From Octopus sinensis (taxonomy: Eukaryota), in assembly GCF_006345805.1 (NCBI RefSeq), contig NC_043013.1:36952001-37016000 (forward strand): a stretch of DNA of 64,000 nt, given 5' to 3'. A program made the translations under genes and the position numbers. Below the pieces are notes generated by a model. It saw only the letters and a list, made by a program, of their open reading frames with translations. It did no database searches and was not told where the DNA came from. Of this stretch, positions 52,653 to 64,000 are shown in pieces (the first letter of the stretch is position 1; each line of letters begins with the position of its first letter).

Positions 52653-52752
52653 NNNNNNNNNNNNNNNNNNNNNNNNNNNNNNNNNNNNNNNNNNNNNNNN
52701 NNNNNNNNNNNNNNNNNNNNNNNNNNNNNNNNNNNNNNNNNNNNNNNNNNNN
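52653..52752. other. Assembly gap (100 N)
   Basis: Fixed-length N run; true distance and orientation across it are unknown. Confidence 1.
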
Positions 52753-53462
52753 CTTGTGACACCCAGCCAAGAGCCAATCTCATAGACGTTTTGTCAACTC
52801 TTTATGTGTATATGTTTGTGCGTTCCTCTGTGTGTATGTATGTGTGCAATTTGTTCTTCTTCGAGTTGAAGGTGAGTACATAATTTGAGGTAGATATGGC
52901 TAGTATTTGCAAAATATCAAGTGATTTCAAAGAGGTTCCTTTTAAAAAGGGACCTTTGTTAGTTCATGTGTGATAGTTCGATCTAAAATGTAAGTGATGG
53001 CTTGGTGAGAAAATTAACCTGTATTAAAATGCGGTGTAGATAATTTTGCTGACGGGAAGTAACAATTTCTAAGAATTTTAAATGAAAACAAGCTTTTGAA
53101 TTTGAACTTGCTTCTTGTAGAAAGTAAGGAATTACTCAGAAGTATTCTAGATTCTGAATGAATTCTTTTGGTAGAGTACATCTCATTTTACGACATACAC
53201 AGACACACTAACTCACAAACACAGACACACAGACACAGATATATACGGGATTCACGACCACCACATATATGGACACTCACGCGCACAGAGATATACACAC
53301 ACCGACACACACGTATAAATATATAAACATATATATACGTAATATATAAATACATGTATATATATATATATAATAATATATATATATATATATATACTAT
53401 ATATATATGTTGCGTGTGTGTGTGTATTGTATGTTTATACATAGATGTAAACATACATATAC

Positions 53463-53506
<44 letters not shown>

Positions 53507-54381
53507 TATATATGCATAGTGAGATTGACAGAAATAAATTCTACCATATATAAATTACAGAAATGCAATAGAAATACTGAAAGAGAAAAAGAAAGACATC
53601 AAACAATTTGTATGACTATTGCTTCTGAAACAGCAAAAAGACAATCGATGACCCGACGTAAAGAAATTGAGAAACAAAGGAACGCTCAACTGTTACATCG
53701 GCTGACATGATGTAAATAAAAGCATAAAAGGATATTTCAGTCATAAGAACAATATAACATATCCGCCATTTTTGTTGCGGCGATCTAAGATTTACGTTTG
53801 AATTTTATAGCGAAAATATGTTCAATGTATAAACGTAGTTGTTTCGAACGATATAAAATAAAAAGATTTTGTATATATCCGTATATGTCTATCAATTTCT
53901 CCAGTAACACACACACACACACAAATATATATGTATCTACGTATGTAGATATATGTGTGTGTGTGTGTGTGCGTGTGTGTTAATACACATACATATATAC
54001 ATATATATAACATATATATTCTATATATATATTTCTCTATATATACACATATATTTATACTATAAATATATATATGTCTATATATATATGTATGTGTGAG
54101 TGTACACACTCACACATACACACACATACAGAAACATGCACATACGCATACACAGGCAGAAACTCATACACATCGGCATAGACATATGTATATACTACGT
54201 ACATGTGTGTGTCTGTGTGTGTCTCGAGGTGTATATATGTGCGTATTTTCGTATATACATATCCATATATACATACATACAAACATACATACTACATATA
54301 CACCCACACACACAAACATACATAAATAAATGCGTATCTTGCCCTCTGGCAATAATTGTTTCTCTAGGTGCGTGTATCTAC

Positions 54382-54455
<74 letters not shown>

Positions 54456-54499
54456 CTTCTCTATCTGTCTTATCTTCTTACTGCTCAGTCACTCTTCCC

Positions 54500-54815
54500 G
54501 GGAGGGTTATGGAGCTGATTCTTAAGCACATCTGCCATGGAGTCTAATCATGACTAACTGAGACTAGCTATTATCCATGATTTTAGTATCAGTCAATCTG
54601 AAATCTCCAGCCTGCCAGCTGGCCATGCAGTGTCCTTTTTGCAATTTTTCCTTGACGTTCTGCTCACTTATCCGTGGTACCAGATTTCTCAGCTTTCAAT
54701 TTTGACATGTAGCAGCTTCAACTGGAGATTTTCCCGGATCTTTGCCCTATACACATTATCAAGTGACGTTATTGCTTCCGAAGAATCCCACCTCAGCCGC
54801 TTTTGTTCGAGAACA
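54500..54815 (-). mobile_element. Degraded RTE-like LINE 3' fragment, followed by a family-A SINE 5' half (~54870-55005, +)
   Basis: EQKRLRW.. then a basic segment and a conserved W, as in RTE C-termini; contains stops. Confidence 0.5.
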
Positions 54816-55003
54816 AATAGAAACGGACAGCACCCACCATTCACGTCACACACACACACATGTACATACATGATTAGTTTCATTACCAAGCACATGGTCC
54901 CAGGTTCATTCCCACTGCATGACACCTTGGGCAATTCTACTATGCCTCGAGCTGACAAAAGCCTTGTCAGTGGATTTTGTAGACGGAAACTGAAAGAAGC
55001 CGT

Positions 55004-55044
<41 letters not shown>

Positions 55045-55076
55045 TACACACACAACACACACACACACATATATAT

Positions 55077-55121
<45 letters not shown>

Positions 55122-55936
55122 TATATATAGTACTATATATATATATACGTATACGCATATATGATATATGTTTTTCCAATATTGATCATGTTAATACTTA
55201 TACTATACTAAATGTTTTGTATAGATATGATTATATATGTATATCTATGGTGTATTATACAGTGTGTTCCATGCGCATTGTCTTACTGTAGAATCGTGTT
55301 TGTGGATGTCATATGATTTACTTGTCCAGTCATGACAGCAGCCAGCTTGTGACTTGGATTTTCGTACACATCGAAGGACTTTGAGTGTATATGATCTTTT
55401 TAGAACCGTCCGTAACGTCCAACACAAATAACGGTCAAATGTATTTCGACAACCTAGGTCAAATATACAAGCCCACAGAAAAGGTTGAAATTATTTACAA
55501 AAACTACAAATTAATGACAGAATATATCTAGAAGTAACACAAAAGTGTCATATATTTTATCTATGTTGAACGCCCATGTATAAATATGTTTGGAAAATAA
55601 TTAACACATAACACCATAGTATAAAGTTTAACTTCCTCAAACATGGAGGTTGTGTTAGCACATAAAATATTGAGACATTCACCGCGTGTGTCGTTAAAAG
55701 TTTCAGTGTACACGATAGATGTTTGGTTGATCGACAAATCAGCGCCAAGACTTATTTCTTAAACCTAGTACTTACTCAATTCACTTCTTTTCCCGGACGG
55801 CTACGTTACTGGACATAAAAAACGCGAACACCGGTTGTCCAGCGAGGATGAGGGGAGAGGAACAAGAGCAGGTACAAACACACACACATAAATATATGCA
55901 CACATATATACATATTATATATATGTATATATATAT

Positions 55937-55991
<55 letters not shown>

Positions 55992-56110
55992 TTCTTTCAG
56001 TTTCTGTCTCCCAAATCCACTCATGGTGATGGTGGGCCCGAAGGTAATTGTAGAACACTCTTGTCCATGATGTAGTGGGACTGAACCTACTACACAGATA
56101 CAACTTCGCC

Positions 56111-56142
<32 letters not shown>

Positions 56143-56144
<2 letters not shown>

Positions 56145-56645
56145 TAGAAGAAATGAGGTAATCAGAAGATCGAATGGTTTATATTTACAGATATTTATTT
56201 ATATATTACAGTTTTTACATATATATCATATCACTTAGATCATTAGCGCTTTCCTCCATTCTAGAAGACCTCTTGTACAGTCTTATCCCTCCCCACCACT
56301 ACGAAACTCTATAAAATGATTAAAATTCCCCAGAAAGGAATTATTTTGATTTGAAAACCCCACTAGAATGGGAGAAAGCGCTAATGATCCAAGTGATATG
56401 ATATATATGTAAAAACTGTAATATATAAATAAATATGTGTAAATATAAACCATTCGATCTTCTGATTACCTCATTTCTTCTAATATATAATACCTGTACG
56501 TAATCTCCAAACCTTCCAATATATATATATATATTCGGATGGTTTTATATTCACAAATATTTATTTGTATATTACATGTTTTAATACATCATATATCATA
56601 TATCATATATTAGCGCTCTCGTCCATTCTGGTGGAGTTTCCAAAT
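56143..56645. mobile_element. Second Penelope-like fold-back family in (TA)n, plus an older third arm
   Basis: Inverted arms 56143-56264 and 56363-56484 (~122 bp, ~4 mismatches), a 98-bp spacer, a ~27-bp tail at 56493-56519, and a diverged arm at 56534-56645. Confidence 0.75.
56341..56400 (+). ncRNA. Candidate minimal hammerhead ribozyme with U3:A8 variant core
   Basis: TTGAAAA(56351-56357)-cccca ctagaa tggga-GAAA(56374-56377)-gcgc-TA. Palindromic stem III AGCGCT; stem I is weak. Confidence 0.5.
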
Positions 56646-56678
56646 ATATATATACCATATATACATATATACATACAT

Positions 56679-56732
<54 letters not shown>

Positions 56733-57228
56733 GATATATATATATATACATATATATATATAAAGATCAATTGTTCGATCATTAAAATATTATTGAACAA
56801 CTAAGTACATTACATAAGCGTGTAGACGCCTGAATACAACTCCGAATGAAGTTATCATTTTGTAATTGGCGTTAAATCCTGTGTGAGAATGATTAATTCC
56901 AGGAGTCACAAGATAAGATTTGTCTCATGCATTTCAGTTCTATTGTTTTGATGGAGTTGTGATTCAAAAAAAAAAAATAATGAAGACAAAAAAAGACAAG
57001 TGTTTCTAAAGTCAGCCCCTGCAATCGAACCTAGAACTTCTGATTGCACATGCGTGTGTACGCGCGTGGTCCTACATGGCTGCGTGTAATTGCGAATAAG
57101 AAATGCAATGCCGTAAAAATTAAGATAATACTTAGCAGGAAGCTGTCCATATAATCATTACAATCATTACACATATATATGTGTATATGTATACATATAT
57201 ATATATTTTATATATATATACATATATA

Positions 57229-57291
<63 letters not shown>

Positions 57292-57326
57292 GTATATATA
57301 TACATTATATTTTATATACGTACATA

Positions 57327-57370
<44 letters not shown>

Positions 57371-58110
57371 AATGTGTGTATAATTATGCATACACACACA
57401 GGCATGCACGACACACAGGTACGTGCGCGCATACACACGCACATGCACACACAGGCACACTCAAACACACACACATAACGAAGGCACGATTACTTACATA
57501 TCATCCGATTGTTCTTCGTCTTGTTCTGAATTCCATAACTGTTATCTTTTTTTTTCTTTCTTTCTCCAGCATTCAAGATTACAATATACTTCGAGTGAAC
57601 GTCATGTATCAGCTGGTTAAGCGGTGTTGTTTCCAATGTATTTTATCACACTCTATACCAATATGCCACCTCTTTAACTTGTAGATCGTACTTCAGCTTT
57701 GTTGTAATTGTGTCACCACATTGTGTCATCCTGATCAGTGGCTGTTTCTTACTGCTTTATAAATTCATTTGTTTGTTGCATTTTGTTTTTCACTTCCTTT
57801 TTCCTTGTTTTTTTTTTGTTGTTTAAAGTAGACTTCAAATTCGTGTAACATTTATCAGAAGATGTATTACAATACATACATAAATATTTCACTTTTAGCT
57901 ATACTTCATCTAAATGTCGTATATCATTATATACACATTGACTTGACAACGACATTCTGGTCTTTCAAAGAGTTATAAAATAATTTTTGTCATTAGTACT
58001 CACTATCTTTTAGGCTTCATCACATTATCGTTTCCAGATTTGGATAGAATCAATCTAAAGTTGTGAATACAGGATATCAATATCGTCATATATATATATA
58101 TATAATAATA

Positions 58111-58151
<41 letters not shown>

Positions 58152-58582
58152 TATATATATGTATATGTATATGCATGTGTTTGTATGCATATATATATAT
58201 GTATAAATATAAATATATATATACGCCACAAATAAAATTATAAGGAATGCAAATATTTTCGCGACCAGAGATTCGCCAATATCCAACTGATAATTATAAA
58301 TGTATTGCTAAAGGTTGGAGTCTTCATTTTAGGCGACCTTCCTACTGGGTTTAAATCATTGCCTAGCTGCAGTGTGTACGTAACCTAGGTACATCGACTG
58401 ATGCTGTTGATTTTGTAAGAAATAAATGAGTGTATTAGTTTCAGAGTCGCCATCAGTAACTTAATTATAAGTAAGTTAGGAAACTGAGAAAAAATCTGTA
58501 GTACTTCCTTTATATATGCATATGTATATGTATATATATATACATACATATATACATACATACATGCATACACACACACACA

Positions 58583-58631
<49 letters not shown>

Positions 58632-59383
58632 TTAATATATAATGCATTTATTTATATGTGTTAGTATATATATAAATATATATGAACTTATTTATTTATT
58701 TCTATGTACATATATATATATATATGTATATATATACATGCAAATAAATATATTTAATCATACATGTTTATATAAATATGTAATAGTGTGTATGTTTGTA
58801 ATCATACATACACACACAAGTACACACGTATAAATTTTTAATTACATAGAATCACATGTGTATATATATATATATATGTATATATATATACATACATATT
58901 CGTGAGAGCTGTTTTATGTTTGAAATGCATAAATATGTTATTGTATGTGTCTACGTACGCCCGTGTGAGCATTTGTGTGTGTGTGTGTGTGTGTGCGTAT
59001 GTGGTTTGGTTGTGTGTGAGTATTCGTGCGTGTGTCTTTCCTTCTTTCCTTCCTATCTCTTTACATGTATACTTTTAAATACGTTCACCTTTCGAGCTCG
59101 CCATATTTCCCCCACCCCTCCTCATCCACCCTTCAGAAGTTCATAAATATTTACAAATATACATATCGTTTCACTTCCGATCTCTTACCACTCGGTGAGA
59201 GTTCACTACATATGTTTTATCAGTGAACCGTGTCCATTTGCGAAAAACTTAATCTGTACTAACGTTCATTTCCTTCTGATACGGAAGACTGATCTTCGAT
59301 ATTCTATTGCTTGTTTTTCGACATTAAATTTTAATTTATATAATCATGTTTTCCTTTCATTTTGTTGTACTAGATCACATCAG

Positions 59384-59453
<70 letters not shown>

Positions 59454-60236
59454 TATAATATGAAAAATTATTGCTTGTTTTTATATTTTATTTGAAAATC
59501 AAGGGAGGGATTGTTCATATTTTGTCTCAAAATCAAATCGGTGCCTTGTTTATATTTTGTCTGATATCAGGAATCCTTAGTTTATATTGGTGAATTCGAA
59601 GCATGAATTTTCTGAACATAATTTCACACCGAATATAGTAATCAAGTGCTCATTAGCTGTAAAAACAAATGTAAGAACATGACATCTACTGCTTCCTCAA
59701 GAAGGAATTAGACGCAACGATATATGTAAGTTGTCACGGATTGAGTCTTGTAGTCAAAGACATTACCACCCAAGGCGTAGATAATTATAGTTCTGGCCAT
59801 CGATTTTTATATATACATACACCAAAGTAAATGGGCTTAAAATTCAACATCTTGGTTTATATAGTTGTCGGTTTTATCTACGTCAAGAGTATATATTACG
59901 ACTTTCGAGGTATTAGTGTCGGATGTAAAACTTACATGACTCTTCCTTATCCACCAAGCAATATTAAGTTGCACTTGCTAACACGGTGTGATGCTGAGAA
60001 TGTCGCAAATACTAATACCAGATGCATATTTCCATTTGTATCGATGCCACAACAGATCTAACACGCAAAGATATACGCGGAACGCATACACATACTCTCA
60101 TACCCACACACACTCACAAACACACAAACACATACATACATACATACATACATACATACATACATACATGCATACTTACATATATATATGAATCTATCTA
60201 TCTATCTACCTATCTATCTATCTTTCTCTCACCACA

Positions 60237-60278
<42 letters not shown>

Positions 60279-60315
60279 GGCGCAGATGTGGCTTCGTGGG
60301 AAGAAGTATCTCGTA

Positions 60316-60528
60316 TCTGAGGTGGGTAGGAATCAGCCACTTTTGCTATCATTCCTAGGTCACCTATTACGACATGTATTGATTTAGTCTTGAGGTTCCA
60401 TATTTTGCCAATTTCTATTTCAAGATCTTTATACTTGCTCAGTTTTTGATAGGTCTTGAGACATACATTTATGTCGATTGGGACAGTCACATAAATGAAG
60501 GGGCATGGTTTTTGTCTGCTCTTTCAAT
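60316..60528 (-). mobile_element. R4-type LINE RLE fragment
   Basis: TVPIDINVCLKTYQKLSKYKDLEIEIGKIWNLKTKSIHVVIGDLGMI, adjacent to (ATT)n. Confidence 0.85.
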
Positions 60529-60529
60529 A

Positions 60530-60567
<38 letters not shown>

Positions 60568-60598
60568 TATTATATTATTATTATTATTATTATTATTA

Positions 60599-61217
60599 TC
60601 ATATGAAATCTCACAGCTCATTTTGCTGGGTATTATGGATAGTGTCAGCTAGTAGACTAAGGTGACACTTGTTTACTGGTGAAGAACCCTGCAAAGAATT
60701 CTTACAGTTCCAAGTAACACTGATTTTTGGAGGCTTCTACCTTCACACTTGCACCGATCTTTTTCAGCCATGCTGGTAGTTGAGTGCTGATCCTTCCCTA
60801 TGCGCCATTTACTATTGGTATCACATCTACTCTTTTCATTTACCTTAACCTTCAAACCGTCATAGTTTTTTTAATTTCTCTTCTTTTTTCACATTGATCC
60901 TGTTGTCACCGGGGCATACTTTGTCGACTATCATGCATGTTCTTTCTTTTGAGGAATTTCGCAATTCCTAATCTCGATGACTCCTTCTGGAGTTTGCTCA
61001 TACCAGGCCGCTCTTTGGAGGACGTGACTTCCATGGAACTTCCAATGGACGGTTCTTGCGACATTATCATGGTGTCTCTTGTATTCGCGTTGTAGCAATT
61101 TCGGACATTCGCTAACGATTTGTCATACAGTTTCACCCCTCTCACCACACCTTCTGCGTTTGTCGCTATCGGTAGTGTTGTCTGTTCTGCATTTGTGGCT
61201 ATCGGTAGTGTTGTCTA

Positions 61218-61220
<3 letters not shown>
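60599..61220 (-). mobile_element. 5'-truncated R4/Dong LINE, same family as 29996-31211
   Basis: DNTTDSHKCR..CGERGETV..HHDNVART..LQKSVLLGTVRILCRVL. The 3' UTR ccagtaaacaagtgtcaccttagtct..gctgtgagatttcata matches 31125-31211. (AAT)n on both sides on its sense strand. Confidence 0.9.
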
Positions 61221-61293
<73 letters not shown>

Positions 61294-61317
61294 ATTATTA
61301 TTATTATTATTATTATT

Positions 61318-61889
<572 letters not shown>

Positions 61890-61890
61890 T

Positions 61891-62400
61891 CGGCGGCGAG
61901 TTGACAGAATCATTAGAACGCCGGGCTTAGCATTATTTCGCCGTTCGCTACGTTCTTGGTTCAAATTCCGCTGAGATCAATTTTGCCTTTCATTCTTTCA
62001 GGATCGATAGCTTAAGTACAAGGGAAACACTGGAGTAAATGCAATCGACTAGCTCCCTCCCACGAAATTTCAGGTTTTGCGCCTTAAGTTTAAAGGATTA
62101 TTATTATTGTTGTTGTGAGGGCGGCAATTTGGTAGAATCGTTAGAACGCCGGGCAAAATGCATAAACTTAACCGCCTGTCGCTACGTTCTGAGTTGAAAT
62201 TAGGACAAGGTCGATTTTGCATTAACCCTTTCGGGGTCAATCGATGTAATCGTCTAATCCCTTCCCTTAAAATTTCAGACATTGTCAATATAGGAGAAAG
62301 GAATATCAATATAATTGTTACGGCGGTGAGCTAGCAGAATGTTCAGCTCTCTGGACAAAATGCTCAGCGGCAATTCTTGTATCTTTTTGCTCTGCATATT
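61891..62400 (+). mobile_element. Three degraded family-B SINE heads/copies in tandem
   Basis: ggcggcgagttgacagaatc (61892), gggcggcaatttggtagaatcgttag (62119), ggcggtgagctagcagaatg (62322). Confidence 0.75.
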
Positions 62401-62509
62401 CTTGAGTCTTTTTGCTTTGCATATTCGCGCAAAGTAGACTTCTAATCATCTTCATTATTGAATGACGATATAATACGTATCACATAATGGGGTCGATGAG
62501 TATATATAT

Positions 62510-62914
62510 ATATATATATTATATAAAATCCGTATTGTCTATGTGTGTGTGTATGTGTCTTCTAGGATTTCGAGCTTCCTCCATCCGATTGCGCTCAAAT
62601 TTGATATGTAGATACCGACGGTATCAGGGCGTGTATGTCTTGAAAAAATCGATTCCAGGTAAGAATGCGATCAACAAAGCCGTGGGAATGTGCATTTGTA
62701 CGCGCAAGTGCATCAGCTGTTGCAATTGATACTACGTGTACGCGAGACAAAGTCTATCGTTATTTCTTCTTTTGCTGGTGTCTCAAATTTAGGTTAAATC
62801 AGCGTTTCGCAGAGGGGAGGCCAATGGGACGGTCGGACATGTTCTTTTGGGAAAATTTGGTTTAAACGTTTGACAACTCAGCACTGTCCATTGTGCGTGG
62901 GGCGTTTTGCTCGT
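62510..62914 (+). mobile_element. Helitron-like non-autonomous element
   Basis: 5' tatataaaa followed by a GT-rich microsatellite and ccgattgcgctcaaatttg. The 3' GC-rich imperfect hairpin is followed by gctcgt, resembling a CTRR/T end. Confidence 0.45.
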
Positions 62915-63064
62915 AAATATATATATCAAAAAAATGAATACAAAATATATTAGAAACATCTAATTATTAAGATTGAAAAAGTATCAGAAAAGCCATTTCT
63001 ATTCGATTTTTCAAATATATGATTCTGTATAAAGGACTTTCTATTTCTTATTCTTATTCTTCTT

Positions 63065-63104
<40 letters not shown>

Positions 63105-63211
63105 ACACACATACACATGTACATATATGAATAAATAAATAGATAAATGCACACACACACACATATATTTGTTTGCGCGCGTGTGTGTATGAGTAAAAGA
63201 TTTTGATTGTA

Positions 63212-63952
63212 CCAGGTTGGTGCGAAGCTAATGGCCGACATTTTTAGAAAATATTTTTAGAAAGTATTTTATTAAAATGTGCATCTTGCAATGTTTTAAG
63301 AATGTCACAATGAGTAAATTATACATTTTTTTTTCAGATTCTGACTGTATTGGCCATAATCCTCTGCTATATTCGCATCCATGTTCTTCCCCAAAATAGA
63401 TCAAATTAAATATGTCTTTCTCTATGAATTTCATAAAGGCGTCAATGCAAGCACAGCAGCAAAGTCTCTTCGGAGAGATTATGGGGATGATGTAGTAAGT
63501 GAAAGAAGTTGCAGGAGATGGTTTACTCGTGTCAGAAGTGAGTTTGAGAGACGAGTCAAAAAAAGGTCGTTCAAAGTAACTTGCTTCCGAAGAGTTGGAC
63601 ACTTATCAAGAAAATATAACCACTATTTGTAGAGAACTCGCAGAATGTGTTTAAGGTAGCCGATACGATTATTCTACGCCAACTGAAAACTCGGAAAAAT
63701 TTCAGTGGCAGGAAAATGGGTCCTACACGAACTGTCTCCAGAGAATCTGCAACTGCACGTTGTCTGTGGTCAGACATTGCTTTCACGACACCTTAAGGAA
63801 CCATTTTTAGGATGATGAGAAGTGGATCATTTACCATAACGTCAAACGCTGCCGATCGTGGATCAGTCGAGGAGGAAGATCTATTCAACAACTAAGAGGA
63901 GGACGTCATCCAAAGAAAACCTTGTTGAGTCTATGGTTCGATATTGAAGGAT
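63212..63952 (+). pseudogene. Mariner transposon: left TIR and degraded transposase, cut by a family-B SINE tail at 63958-64000 (-)
   Basis: TA|ccaggttggtgcgaagctaatggccg TIR. HTH QIKYVFLYEFHKGVNASTAA..VSERSCRRWF; GKWVLHEL (WVPHEL motif); DEKWIIYHN; HPKKTLLSLWFD. Frameshifts and deletions. Confidence 0.92.
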
Positions 63953-64000
63953 ATATATATTTCTTTACTACACACAAGGGGCTAAGTACAGAGGGGACAA

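Noticed and set aside
59560-59720. Possible Penelope-type ORF C-terminus (..VLISCKNKCK..) next to (TA)n
   Set aside because: Too short and degraded to distinguish from chance without a profile search.

Overview
Eukaryotic, microsatellite-saturated DNA. The SINE families and repeat landscape look like an octopod cephalopod, but that assignment is inferred. The first 10.5 kb hold the 3' part of a ZFHX3/ZFHX4 (zfh-2) zinc-finger homeobox gene on the + strand. It has a 6,522-bp exon (883-7404) with all four homeodomains, two small exons missed by the ORF track (7637-7729, 8472-8636) and a terminal exon (9837-10528). A transposon-poor stretch of about 6 kb follows and is probably a long 3' UTR. 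The remaining ~47 kb contain no host gene I can support. They hold tRNA-derived SINEs, RTE, R4/Dong-type and Tx1/L1-type LINE remnants, mariner elements, MITEs and one 100-N gap. The most interesting signals come from retroelements sitting in microsatellites. (i) Fold-back elements in (TA)n look like Penelope-like pseudo-LTRs and carry minimal type I hammerhead ribozymes; one has a canonical core and one a compensatory U3:A8 core. (ii) R4/Dong LINEs stack in (AAT)n together with a co-oriented ~550-bp non-coding partner element. (iii) One SINE shares its 3' tail with a Tx1-type LINE in the window and repeatedly inserts into its own family at fixed positions. No searches or folding programs were run; all assignments come from reading the sequence.
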